From Macrostomum lignano (Eukaryota): 60,741 nucleotides of DNA. The notes under the pieces were generated by a model. That model was not told the DNA's origin, made no database searches, and was given only the letters and a program-made list of their open reading frames with translations. Where the stretch lies: positions 1 through 60,741 of the forward strand of contig NIVC01004099.1 of the NCBI GenBank assembly GCA_002269645.1, read 5' to 3'. Shown piece after piece: positions 1 through 13,494 of the stretch. Position 1 is the stretch's first letter. Each line of letters begins with the position of its first letter. The translations under genes were made by a program, and so were the position numbers.

Positions 1-1050
1 ATAACACAGCATTTGAAAATTTTATTTTTTTGTACTCTAAACTTTGTTGAAGATATATAAATGAGCTGCAACAAAGGGACAGGGAAAGGCACATGTACTT
101 GCATTGTTCAACTCTAGAGCCAGAGTACGCACTATTGTGTACATAATGTACATTAAGTCCTTTAATTCATTGTTTTCCTCTTCAAAATCATTTTATTCTC
201 ACCGTCCTCTCTGCCCCGGCTCTTCTGATCTTTCGAAAAAAGGACGTTGGGCAAGTCATACTAGTTTTCTTTGCAAGAAACATTGGCTGGTCCAGACAGG
301 CCTGAATCGGGAAGTATTACTTCATATATAGAGTATTCCCTGTCTGGGCCCCAGCTAGCCAGGCGTGCAGTGACATGGAAGATACACGTACAGATAGTGC
401 ACACATAGCTTGGGGGAGCGTTCAGAGGAGATTGACTCCACAGAGAAAGAAGTAAGACTAGACTGCCCAGCCAACCCCCTCGCGGACGGTACGATCCCTC
501 CGTGAAAAATCCGGTATTTAAAGCTCTTGAAATCTTTTTTCGAGAGATTATTTCCAATCAATCATTTTAAAGCTTGCTTGTACAGTTATAGTATGAGTTA
601 AACTTACTAGGCATCCACTGAAATAGGCTGAACTTCAGGTAGAAAAATATTTCTGTCCTTAGGAGCTTTTGCCTCGTCCCTAATTTGCTTCTTGTGCATG
701 GAAGGTCTTTCGCCACACATTCGAATCCGCATGTAAAGCAGCGCCATGCTGCGAATCAAATGCAGCTCGTGGGATTCAATGCCAATGCTGGCAGCCGCGG
801 AATACAAGTCAAGTTCGGGAAATGCATCAGCTGATATGCATCGGCTACCACATTGCAGTAGTAAAAGGCTGTGCCATCGTCTTAGCTGCGTCGCTGATAT
901 AGTTCTTGTAAAGCTTGATCACAAAATCCAGGAATGCATTTAGCGTTTGAAATCCGCTTTTGAAGTTAAAGAAGGCCTGGTTGGCTGCCCGCAGACGTCT
1001 GGCCGCTCGACAACCGGGCTTTCGGGATAGTGCTAGCTGAAGTATCTCGC

Positions 1051-1857
1051 TCAGGCGCAGGCGGCGGGCTCAGCGGGCGCGCCACCGCCTGTGGTAGAGG
1101 CCTGAGCGGCTCTAGTTTTCCGCCATGGTCGGCAGACCACCGGTCGCCTGGTGGCCTGGCGCAGGACAGGCGGGCCTCCTCCTCGGCCTCGGCCTACTCC
1201 TCCGGCTGCGCCGCCTGGGCCGGGTGGCGGCTGCGGTGCTGCGGCTGGGGCTGCTGGCTGTGCGGCAGGCTGGGCAGCTGGCTGGGCAGCCGCCTGGGCA
1301 GCCGGGCGGGCAGCCGCGGCGGCTCCGCCTTGCGCAGCGAGCTGCGCCTGTACCTGTGCGAGGAGTGGGCCCAACGCAGCCAGGTCCACCTGTGGGGCGG
1401 CGCCTCCTATGGCCTGCGCTAGCCCTTGGCCCTGCGCGGCGGCGCCAGTGGCCAGGACATTATCGACCATGGTGTTATACTCCGCACGGTCCATTGGCTG
1501 AGCTCCGGCAGCCTCGGCAAATGCTGCGTACTCTCCGTATGGCACAGGCCTGATGTTGTCGGCGCTGTCTAGCCACTGCTGGATCGCAGTGCCGGTCCGG
1601 GCCATTGACGTCCTGTAGCTGATCAGTAGGTGCCGCCAATCATCACTGTAGTCTGCAAACTGATTGCAGAGCCAGGTAGCGCCGGACCTGACTATCGGCG
1701 AAGAGCCGAGCGAATGGGTCGGCCGCAGAATTTCGAAAAAGGTGGCCAGATGACCGAGGCAGTTATTCGTGCACTCAAGATCAAGCGGCTCCTGCGGCTC
1801 GCCAGTCAGGTACGCGGCACCGACGTGGTACCGGGCCCGGGCCTTGGTGCTGTGCAC
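1051..1857 (-). CDS. Unidentified ORF (268 aa) with Ala/Gln/Pro/Gly-rich tail; part of a broken minus-strand coding region (~260-5160)
   Basis: The ordered N-terminal ~135 aa is followed by a low-complexity tail. Neighbouring minus-strand frames (607-1080, 2150-2560, 2553-2738, ~4050-4370) read as protein-like but are interrupted by stops and frameshifts. No family recognised. Confidence 0.3.
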   Translation of the reverse strand: MHSTKARARYHVGAAYLTGEPQEPLDLECTNNCLGHLATFFEILRPTHSLGSSPIVRSGATWLCNQFADYSDDWRHLLISYRTSMARTGTAIQQWLDSADNIRPVPYGEYAAFAEAAGAQPMDRAEYNTMVDNVLATGAAAQGQGLAQAIGGAAPQVDLAALGPLLAQVQAQLAAQGGAAAAARPAAQAAAQPAAQPAAQPAAPAAAPQPPPGPGGAAGGVGRGRGGGPPVLRQATRRPVVCRPWRKTRAAQASTTGGGAPAEPAACA

Positions 1858-4800
1858 CGTACCATTCCAGACGACTGGGTCGGCTGGGCATCGTCGCCGA
1901 CCTCGTCTTCATTGCACACTGCGCTGTGGCCCCGCAAGGATTGTGTTGCGGCAGCCAGCACATCCAGAGGGATAGCGAACGCAAGCGATATATAACAACA
2001 TATTCATAGGCTTTAGGACTATAAAGTGCAAGGTGGGTGCAAATTTCACACTTAAGTAAAATGTCGAAAATTTTCTTGTCCACTGATTGCTTTAGAGAAA
2101 AATGCTGCTAATCAAAATATTCCAGGTCAAGAATTCATGCGCAGCTGGTTCATTCAAAATGCATTTTTGTGAATCTCGATATCGCCTTTTTTGGGGTTCT
2201 CACTTTTCCCTTAATTTTCCTGTGCATTGAGCGCATGATAGAGTTTTGTGGTACTTGTTTTGAAGAGAACGTTTGTAAGATTTCAATAGCTTTTGCACCT
2301 TTCTTGGACTGGGCATGGACAGATGGCACGAAGGTCTTGATGATGAAGATAGTGATTAATATCGGTTGCCGAATCAGACTTCGTCTCTCTGCCTTAAGGT
2401 GCCTGAAATGCTTCAAAATCAACTTCTTGAGCGGCCCGTCCTCGAGTGTCACGTCGGGATGGTTCATAAAAACTTCTTGGACCCGCCGTAGTCGATTGGA
2501 GCAGCAGAACCTGGCCAGTAGGCAGACCCTGGCCCGTGGAGGGATCCACAGCTCAGGGCATCACATTGCCTCTAGCCAAGAGAAGGGCTTTCTCAATTGC
2601 AGAGCCATTCCATATCTTGACTTCTTGACTTCTCAATGTAGCCCTCACCTCGGGAGAAACCGATGCATCGTCAACGACTTCCGTGAGCAGGTCGTCTTCG
2701 GCGAATACCACATGGAGCAGCGCCCTGAGCACATACATTGATGAGCACGGTATTTTGCTCTATGTGTGTTTCCACAGCGCACATAAGAGCGGAGTTGTTC
2801 CTGGCCTTAACCTGTAGTATAGCAACAGAAAGGGAAACAAAATGTTCAGAGCTATTATGCAGTAGTAATGTTCAAAGGGAAACACATTAACATTACTATT
2901 GCATGCTCCACTTTCTTGCATTCAACAAATCTAAATAACACACCGGTAACATTAGAACATAAGCCCTCTCCCAACTGTTTCGTTTTTCACCCTTTATAAA
3001 CAGTTGAAGGGACTACATGTATAAGATCTCCCTAACAACTCACAACAGCCTTGTTTATAGTTATATCATCATTTTATTTGTGGAAATACAGTCCTGGAAT
3101 TTCTCGAGCTCTGCATCCGTTCAAACAGAAAGATTCACATGAATCGACATCGAAACTGCAGGGTAAACTCCGGCCAGACTGGCGACTCCACACTGCAGCG
3201 CATCTCAGCTTCAATCACTCTTAGATGGAGCAGTTGCATCCAGTAAATGCCTAGTGAAGCAAACACAGATAATACAATAATTTAATACAGATATAAGTCA
3301 GTTTCCCACTTCTCTTGCTGCTTTAACTAGCTTTAGCAGCCCACCAGGATATGAATCTTAGATTTAAAAAAGCCTGAAAACGTGTCTATTCGGCTTACTT
3401 TACTGATGAACAAAAATCATTACTGTACTCGTATTTTACGTGTACCTTCGATTGATACCCAACGTATTCGCTGAATTCAACCTGCCTCTTGGCATATGCC
3501 CCCAACTAAGTAAGGTACGGCAGAAAGTGCACCCTGAGAAATAAGAAAAATAATTTCGATCTAAAAACGGCCTAATCATTAATTTTCTTTAAAAATCGTA
3601 CTCTGGCTTTAATTAATTAATTAAATCTTTAATTAAATTAAATTATCCAAAATTTAATTTAATTTTAATTCCTCGAGAAGACTTCTAAATATATTGCTAA
3701 AGCTTTTTATTAGCACAAAAGCTTAAAACGTGGGTCTAAATACGAGCGTATGCATTCAAGATAGCTACTACCACTGCTGGCACTCACGCGCTGTCACCAT
3801 TGAAGCACTATATTCGCAGAGCCCAGTTGGCTGCTAAAGCTGGCCAGAGTACGAGTAGCGCACCCATCTTCAAGCTGGTGTTGCGGCTGGATTCCGGTTG
3901 GCACTTTGAGACAGGCTTATGTGAGATGCTGTGAGTTGTAGGATATAGAGAGATAGATGCATCATTTACATGTACAAGATCACGATTGTAAATGGTGCTC
4001 CAATAAAATATGTCAAATGAGTCAAAGAACGAAATTTACTTACCCTTTCATCTTTTGTCGCTTCATCCAAATTATGCTTAGTGGAAGCAGCGATTGCCGA
4101 CCAGTCTTCCTTACTCAATTCGGCAGCACATGTGCAAGTAGATCACTTTGGCTAAGCCGCTTCTCTCGTATGACAGTACGCAACATGTTTACAGTGTCTG
4201 TTGTGTCACATTCGTGTGCTGTGACATGGAGAACAACAGCATCCTCCAGCTTCTCACCATATACTACTTGGATCGGCACTTCAGTTGAGGGTGCCAGTTT
4301 TCTCCACTGCTCCGGTTTCCAGGAAGCATGTGCACATAGTGACTACCTCACTACCTCCGGTAAATCACCGGTTAAGATAGATAAAGTTGATCCACCTGTA
4401 TATATTATTTATATATATATTATGGACACTTCTACAGCTTAGCCTAAGGCGGGTATAGGTCTTGACAGCATGGTCATATAATGCATCGCTACCACTTGGG
4501 CTCCAGCCTTGGGCCGCAGCAGCGGTATTGCCAGAAGTTAATCGTCAATTATGCACAGAACTAAGAAATATTCCTGTGGCTTTGTCTTTGGCGGTTCTTA
4601 CAATGTAACTGATCTTGTTGTCATGGTAGATAGTGTCATATGTAGGCGTCCAGCCTTGGAATGTTCCGTGGTTCTGGATGCCAGACCAGACGACGCCACG
4701 TTTGGTAATGATTAACGTTGTGTCATGTCAAAACTTCTCGATTAACTAAAGTTGAGCGGCAAAGTGGTTTTCTCATTGCAACTAAGTTGGTTTAATTTGA

Positions 4801-5901
4801 ATCGTGTCAGATGGCAGCATTTAGTCACGAAACTCCACTCGAATCCGGCGTAGGTGAACCGAACAGCTGCCTGAGCTTTCATTTAAAGCTGTGGGAGCTG
4901 CTGTTGCTCTCCATGATCTTCTCTTAAACCTTCCAAATGGACCTCAGGTGGCTCTTTCTTCATCAGGTCACATGAAAGAACATAAAAACAGCAAAAAAGC
5001 TGTTGTACAAAGTAACAGTAGCAATCGGGCTGATAAACTTCAGTCACTGTACTAGTTAAATTGATGCTGACACAGTAATATGCAGCTGGATTTACGAGTA
5101 CACATGCAACGAAGCCTTCATAGGACAAAATAAACAACGAAAAAATGACACTGAGCAAGATTTAAAAGAGCATCGACTACTGGCAGTCATAAAATGGTTA
5201 GCAAACGACGCCAAGGAAAGATGGCGAAGGCGACGAAGAAGGGCAGAATAGGCCCCTGTGAAAAAATCGAATTTATTTTGCTGCACTCAATATTTTGATG
5301 GTGATTAAAATAAAACAAGAAATACAGAAAGAAAAAATGCACACAAGGGCGGCTCAATCGCCCTGTTTTAACTGTAGATAGAAAACATTTTTAAGCAAAT
5401 AGCTCCCTCTGTGTTTACGTTTAATTTGTTTTGGAATATGTCTTTAACTTAAAGTCTTTAATGAATACTTTGAAACGCATCCCACGTTGTGTCACAACAA
5501 ACAGCTATGACAATTGCTAACTAGAATGACAATATACGAGGTATTTCGGAAGCCAACAGTAGTCAAAAAAATTTAAACACGCTTTCAAGCATCGGGCAAA
5601 CAGCAGTCACTGAATAGTAGCTGCAGAACATGGCGTTTTAGGACGCAATATAAACAGTCACAGTATAATTTATAATATGCACTCTAATTGCGCTCTAACT
5701 AGCCTACAGAGTTCATTTTCAACGGGTGTCTTACAGATGCGATTCTCATTATACTTTAGAGACGATCCTCAGTATCATCCAATTGCGGTTTAAGAGCCTA
5801 CTTTGAAGATGCCAGTCTTCTTCAGGTGACGGCCATCACCCTGAGGTGATGGTTTTTGAGACAACTATCGGAACACCTCCCCCCCCCCTCGGCAACTGCA
5901 G

Positions 5902-8153
5902 GTGACGGCCGACGGCCGCCGCCTCCAGATGGTGGTCTGCTCGGCCACTCTGCACGCCCAGGAGGTGCGGCGAATGGCCGAACGCCTCATGTACTTTCCT
6001 GTATGGATCGATTTGAAAGGCCAAGACTCTGTGGCCGACACCATTCATCATTGCGTGTGCCCAGTGGACCCCTTGGCTGACCAGTCCTGGAGGCAGTTGC
6101 TGAACAAAAATACCAAATCCAGAATTCAAACTGACGGTGTACATCTCAACGATCGTGTTGGCAGCTCAGACAGTCCGGAGACTCTGTCCGAAGCTGTCAA
6201 ACTGCTCAAAGGCGAATACGTGATTAGAGCAATTGAGAAGCACAACATGGATCGGTGCTTGATCTTCTGTCGCACTAAGTTAGACTGCGACAACCTGGAG
6301 CACCTGTTCATAACAAAGGGTGGCGGACCTCGGGCTAGGAAAGGCGCGCCTTACAGTTGCGTCTGTCTGCACAGCGACCGCAAGCCGCAGGAGCGCAAGG
6401 ACAATTTAGAACGCTTCAAAAATGCTGATGTGAGATTTCTCATCTGCACCGATGTGGCTGCTAGAGGTATTGATATCTCAGGTGAGTGACTGGCGTCATT
6501 TTGCTTATCTGCTTTTGGATCCTGAGCTGAGCACTCTGTCTAATCTCCCCCTGTCTTATTCTGATCTCACCCTGTCTTATTCTGATCTCACCCTGTCTTA
6601 TTCTGATCTCACCCTGTCTTATTCTGATCTCCCCTGTCTTATTCTGATCTCACCCTGTCTTATTCTGATCTCACCCTGTCTTATTCTGATCTCACCCTGT
6701 CTTATTCTGATCTCACCCTGTCTTATTCTGATCTCACCCTGTCTTATTTTGATCCCACCCTGTCTTATTTTGATCTCACCCTGTCTTATTCTGATCTCAC
6801 CCTGTCTTATTCTGATCTCACCCTGTCTTATTCTGATCTCCCCTGTCTTATTCTGATCTCACCCTGTCTTATTCTGATCTCACCCTGTCTTATTCTGATC
6901 TCACCCTGTCTTATTCTGATCTCACCCTGTCTTATTCTGATCTCACCCTGTCTTATTCTGATCCCACCCTGTCTTATTCTGATCCCACCCCTTTTTATTA
7001 ATGATCTCATGCTGTCTTTTCTGATCTCACTTCACTTTTTCTATTTGGCTGTTTCCTGTCTCCTGTTTTCCTGATCAACCCCTCAACACTCACCTTAGTT
7101 CCGTCTTCATTCGGTCTCACCCCTCATCCAATCTCACCTCTCATCCGATCTCATCTCTCATCCAATCTCACCTCTCATCCAATCTCACCTCTCATCCAAT
7201 CTCACCTCTCATCCAATCTCACTCTCACCCAATCTCACCTCTCACCCAATCTCACCTCTCACCCAATCTCACCTCTCACCCAATCTCACCTCTCACCCAA
7301 TCTCACCTCTCATCCAATCTCATCTCTCATCCAATCTCACCTCTCACCCAATCTCACCTCTCACCCAATCTCACTCTCACCCAATCTCACCTCTCACCCA
7401 ATCTCACCTCTCACCCAATCTCACCTCTCACCCAATCTCACCTCTCACCCAATCTCACCTCTCATCCAATCTCACCTCTCATCCAATCTCACTCTCATCC
7501 AATCTCTCTCACACAATCTCACCTTCACCTAATCTCACTCTCACCCAATCTCACTCTCACCCAATCTCACTCTCATCCAATCTCACTCACCCAATCTCAC
7601 TCTCATCCAATCTCTCTCACACAATCTCACCTTCACCTAATCTCACTCTCACCCAATCTCATCTCTCACCCAATTTCACCCAGGCCTGCCCTTCGTGATC
7701 AACGTGACGCTACCAGACGAGAAGCAGAACTACGTGCACCGTATCGGCCGTGTCGGTCGCGCCGAGCGCATGGGCCTGGCCATCTCGCTTGTTGCCAACG
7801 TGAAAGAGAAAGTCTGGTACCATAGCAACTGCCAGACCAAGGGTCGCGGCTGCACCAACACTAACCTAGTTGAAGTGGGCGGCTGCTGTATTTGGTACAA
7901 CGAGCCTCAACTGCTAGCTGATGTCGAAGAGCATCTGGGCGTCACCATCGATCAAATCGACACGGATATGACTGTGCCAGTGAACGAATTCGATGGCAAA
8001 GTTGTGTACGGACAGAAGCAGAGAAAAGGCGGCGCTGGCCTGTACCAGGGTCACGTGAGCGTGATGCAGTCCGCTGTGAAGTCGCTTGCGAGTCTGGAGA
8101 CTCAAGCTCAGGATAGCTATCTGCAGATGCGCTTCGGCCCACCCGTTATGTAG
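5902..8153 (+). CDS. DDX1: ATP-dependent RNA helicase DDX1, last two coding exons (5902-6481, 7684-8153); the 5' exons are not in the window
   Basis: Motifs [33 protein letters not shown]|[38 protein letters not shown] and [10 protein letters not shown] closely match DDX1. Splice sites are ctgcag|GTG at 5902, G|gtgagt at 6481/6482 and cag|GC at 7683/7684, with the phase-1 join preserving the frame. Confidence 0.95.
6543..7030. repeat. 21-bp minisatellite (TCTCACCCTGTCTTATTCTGA)n in DDX1 intron
   Basis: Direct tandem periodicity visible in the sequence. Confidence 0.95.
7125..7680. repeat. 17-bp minisatellite (CCAATCTCACCTCTCAY)n in DDX1 intron, running up to the acceptor
   Basis: Direct tandem periodicity (e.g. 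7162 to 7179). Confidence 0.95.
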
Positions 8154-8216
8154 CTGGCCTCTTTGACTCTTTGTTGCATGCCAAATTATCTGTAATAGTT
8201 CATATTCGACAATATA

Positions 8217-8770
8217 AGAATCGCCCTCAAACCCATCCTAAAAAGCCTGAGGATCTCCCTCAACCCATCCTGAGAAGCCTGAGAATCGCCCTCAGCCCAT
8301 CCTAAGAATCGCCCTCAGCCCAGACTGAGAATCGCCCTCAAGCAACCATCCTGAGAATCGCCCTCAACCCAGCCTGAGAATCGCCTTCAAGCAACCATCC
8401 TGAGAATCGCCCTAAGCCCAGCCTGAGAATCGCCTTCAACCCATCCTGAGAATCGCCCTCAACCCATCCTGAGAATCGCCCTCAAACCCATCCTGAGAAT
8501 CGCCCTCAGCCCATCCTGAGAATCGACCTCAAACCCATCCTGAGAATCACCCTCAAACCCATCCTAAGAATCGCCCTCAAACCCATCCTAAGAATCGCCC
8601 TCAAACCCATCCTAAGAATCGCCCTTAAACCCATCCTGAGAATCGCTCTCAAACCCATCCTGAGAATCGCCCCCAACCCATCCTTGAGAATCACCCTCAA
8701 CCCATCCTTGAGAATCGCCTTCAAACCCATCCTGAGAATCGCCCTCAAACCCATCCTGAAAATCTCCCTA
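8217..8770. repeat. ~24-bp minisatellite (GAGAATCGCCCTCAAACCCATCCT)n
   Basis: Direct tandem periodicity just 3' of the DDX1 stop. Confidence 0.9.
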
Positions 8771-9134
8771 AAAGCCAATTAATACTATCATTGTTATTTG
8801 AAATATTAATATTTGCAAGTTTGGTGTCTGTCTGGTGATTTGGTTGTGTTGGGACTTTTTCTGGTCACTTTTCTTCTAATATTATTCCCAATTTAAAATT
8901 TTGTTTAATGCAATTTTGAATTGCTAAAATACTTCTAGCAAGATGATCTATGATTGGCCAAACCGCATTCACTGCAATCAATTAATGCTGTTTAGAATTA
9001 GAATCAATTAAAGTAGTACGAAAATACAACTTTACTTGCTGTTTGTTTGTTAGAATCATTTTTCATTTTATTTATGATTTTTTTGTTTTTGATTTCACAT
9101 TTTTCAGATTAATAATGATTTCACCACATTCCAC

Positions 9135-10147
9135 TGTGACTGTCACCCTCCTTGATCCCCTGTGACTAACACCTTCCCAGATCCCCTGTGAATGTCACCC
9201 TCTTAGATCCCCTGTGACTGTCACCCTCCCAGATCCCCTGTGACTGTCACCCTCCCAGATCCCCTGTGACTGTCATCCTCCCAGATCCCCTGTGACTGTC
9301 ATCCTCCCAGATCCCCTGTGAATGTCACCCTCCCAGATCCCCTGTGACTGTCATCCTCCCAGATCCCCTGTGAATGTCACCCTCCCAGATCCCCTGTGAC
9401 TGTCACCCTCCCAGATCCCCTGTGAATGTCACCCTCCCAGATCCCCTGTGAATGTCACCCTCCCAGATCCCCTGTGACTGTCACCCTCCCAGATCCCCTG
9501 TGAATGTCACCCTCCCAGATCCCCTGTGACTGTCACCCTCCCAGATCCCCTGTGAATGTCACCCTCCCAGATCCCCTGTGACTGTCACCCTCCCAGATCC
9601 CCTGAGACTGTCACCCTTCGTGATCCCCTGTGACTCACCCTCCCAGATCCCCTGAGACTGTCACCCTCCCAGATCCCCTGAGACTGTCACCCTCCCAGAT
9701 CCCCTGAGACTGTCACCCTCTCAGATCCCCTGTGACTGTCACCCTCCCAGATCCCCTGAGACTGTCACCCTCCCAGATCCCCTGAGACTGTCACCCTCCC
9801 AGATCCCCTGAGCCTGTCACCCTCCCAGATCCCCTGAGACTGTCACCCTCCCAGATCCCCTGTGACTGTCACCCTCCCAGATCCCCTGTGACTGTCACCC
9901 TCCCAGATCCCCTGTGACTGTCACCCTCCCAGATCCCCTGTGAATGTCACCCTCCCAGATCCCCTGTGACTGTCACCCTCCCAGATCCCCTGTGACTGTC
10001 ACCGTCCCAGATCCCCTGTGACTGTCACCCCCCGGCTCCCAGATCCCCTGAGACTGTCACCCTCCCAGATCCGCTGAGACTGTCACCCTCCCAGATCCGC
10101 TGAGACTGTCACCCTCCCAGATCCGCTGAGACTGTCACCCTCCCAGA
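9135..10147. repeat. 26-bp minisatellite (CCAGATCCCCTGTGACTGTCACCCTC)n
   Basis: Direct tandem periodicity, ending ~35 bp upstream of the MYG1 ORF. Confidence 0.95.
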
Positions 10148-10180
10148 TGTCTTTAAAGATTTAACTATCTGGTCAAGGAT

Positions 10181-13129
10181 ATGCATTGTATTGTTAATGC
10201 CAAATTCATGTTAAAATTTTCTCGGCTAACAGAATCACTGTTTGCCAAATTCAATCGGTTAATAAATTTGCAACAGACAGCATCAATGGCGGCTAGTGCA
10301 GATGATGGAGTTCCAACTAAACGGCCGAGGCTAAGCCAGGAGAGTACAGAAAATGGTGACACTCAGCGGACAATCGGAACGCACAATGGCTGTTTTCATT
10401 GCGACGAGGTGGCGGCCTGTTTCATGCTGAAGCAGCTGCCGCAGTACCGCAGTGCCATTGTGAAGCGGTCCAGAGATCCCGCTGTGCTAAAGGACTGCGA
10501 CGTTGTGGTTGATGTTGGCGGCGTGTTCGACCCCAAGATTCTGCGTTTCGACCATCATCAGCGGTGAGAATTGTTCGATCTTATTTAAAGATCCTAAGGG
10601 AATCGCCTTTGAACTATCACGAGAATCGCCCCTGGTCCATCATGAGAATCGCCATTGGTCCATCATGAGAATCGCCCCTGAAGCATCATGAGAATCGCCT
10701 CTGATGCATCATGAGAATCGCCCCTGATGCATCATGAGAATCGCCCCTGATGCATCCTGAGAATCGCCCCTGAACTATCATGAGAATCGCCTCTAAACCT
10801 TCATGAGAATCGCCCCTGATCATGAGAATTGCCCCTGACATGAGAATCGCCCCTGATCCATCCTGAGAATCGTCCCTGATGCATCCTGAGAATCGCCCCT
10901 GATGCATCCTAAGAATCGCCCCTGATCCATCCTGATAATCGCCCCTGAACTATCATGAGAATCGCCTCTAAACCTTCATGAGAATCGCCCCTGATCATGA
11001 GAATTGCCCCTGACATGAGAATCGCCCCTGATCCATCCTGAGAATCGCCCCTGATGCATCCTAAGAATCGCCCCTGATCCATCCTGAGAATCGCCCCTGA
11101 TGCATCCTAAGAATCGCCCCTGATCCATCCTGATAATCGCCCCTGAACTATCATGAGAATCGCCTCTAAACCTTCATGAGAATCGCCTCTAAACCTTCAT
11201 GAGAATCGCCCCTGATCATGAGAATTGCCCCTGACATGAGAATCGCCCCTGATCCATCCTGAGAATCGCCCCTGATCCATCCTGAGAATCGCCCCTGAAC
11301 TATCATGAGAATCGCCTCCGATCCATCATGAGAATCGCCTCTAAACCTTCATGAGAATCGCCTCTGATGCATCATGAGAATTGCCCTGGGCCATCATTAG
11401 AATCGCCCCTGATGCATAATGAGAATCGCCTCTGAACTATCATGAGAATCGCCCTTGAACTATTATAAGAATCTCCCCTGATGCATCATGAGAATCGCCC
11501 CTGAACTATCATGAGAATCGACTCTAAACTATTATGACAATCTCCCCTGAACCATCATGAGAATCGCCCCTGAACTATCATGAGAATCGCCTCTGAACTA
11601 TCATGAGAATCGCCCTTGAACTATTATAAGAATCGCCCTTGAACTGTTATGAGAATCTCCCCTGATGCATCATGAGAATCGCCCCTGAACTATCATGAGA
11701 ATCGACTCTGAACTATTATGAGAATCTCCCTTGAACTATTATAAGAATCGCCCTTGAACTGTTATGAGAATCTCCCCTGATGCATCATGAGAATCGCCCC
11801 TGAACTATCATGAGAATCGACTCTGAACTATTATGAGAATCTCCCTTGAACTATTATAAGAATCGCCCTTGAACTGTTATGAGAATCTCCCCTGATGCAT
11901 CATGAGAATCGCCTCTGAACTATCATGAGAATCGCCCCTGAACTATCATGAGAATCGCCCCTGAACTATCATGAGAATCGACTCTGAACTATTATGAGAA
12001 TCTCCCCTGAACCATCATGAGAATCGCCCCTGAACTATCATGAGAATCGCCCCTGAACTATCATGAGATTCGCCCCTGAACTATCATGAGAATCGCCCCT
12101 GAACTATCATGAGAATCGCCCCTGAACTATCATGAGAATCGCCCCTGAACTATCATGAGAATCGCCCCTGAACTATCATGAGAATCGCCCCTGAACTATC
12201 ATGAAAATCGTCCTTAAATTATTATTAGAATCTCCCCTGAACCATCATGAGAATCGCCCCTGAACTATCATGCGAATCGCCCCTGAACTATCATGAGAAT
12301 CGCCCCTGAACTATCATGAAAATCGTCCTTAAATTATTATTAGAATCTCCGCTGAACCATCATGAGAATCGCCCCTGAACTATCATGAGAATCTCCCCTG
12401 AACTATCATGAGAATCGCCCCTGAACTATCATGAGAATCGCCCCTGAACTATCATGAAAATCGTCCTTAAATTATTATTAGAATCTCCGCTGAACCATCA
12501 TGAGAATCGCCCCTGAACTATCATGATAATCTCCCCTGAACCATCATGAGAATCGCCCCTGAACTATCATGAATCGCCCTTGAATTTTTATTTGAATCTC
12601 CCCTAAACTATCATGAGAATCTCCCCTAAACTGTCATGAGAATCTCCCCTGAACTGTCGTGAGAATCTCCCCTGAAGTATAATGAGAATCCCCTGAACCT
12701 TCATGAGAATCCCCCCTGAACCATCATAAGAATCCCCTGAACCTTCACAGAAAACCCCCTGACTAATGCCAGTCTCTAGACACCTATCTCACCTGTTACT
12801 TGAATCCCCTATTCACCCTCAGGGATTTCAACGAAACCTTCAACAGCCTGATGCCGGAAAAGCCCTGGAAAATCAAGGTCAGTTTGCTTTGCCTGCCGCA
12901 TTTAATCAAATTCAAGTTTAATCTTTGTCTCACCAGCAGTCTCTCGCAACGCTGCTTTAATACGGCCTACGGACCTCATGACTCACCCTTTGACAGCTGA
13001 GCAGTGCTGGCCTAGTCTATTGCCACTTCGGCCTGGAGGTGATCGCCAGCCTGACTGGCCTCGCTACTGATGATGACTTTGTGAAGAAGGCTTTCGATTT
13101 GGTGAGCTGCTTGTCTGTCTGTCTCTGCC

Positions 13130-13182
<53 letters not shown>

Positions 13183-13183
13183 T

Positions 13184-13226
<43 letters not shown>

Positions 13227-13276
13227 TTCTGTCTTTCTGTCTGTCTGTCTGTCTGTCTGTCTCAGTGGCGTCTTAG

Positions 13277-13323
<47 letters not shown>

Positions 13324-13358
13324 GCCTGCCTGCCTGTCTGTCTGTCTGTCTGTCTTAG

Positions 13359-13407
<49 letters not shown>

Positions 13408-13450
13408 TAGTGTCTGTCTGTCTGTCTTAGTGTCTGTCTGTCTGTCTTAG

Positions 13451-13494
<44 letters not shown>

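Noticed and set aside
6543-12760. Possible CRISPR-like arrays
   Set aside because: The repeats are head-to-tail with no unique spacers, no cas genes are present, and the context is eukaryotic.
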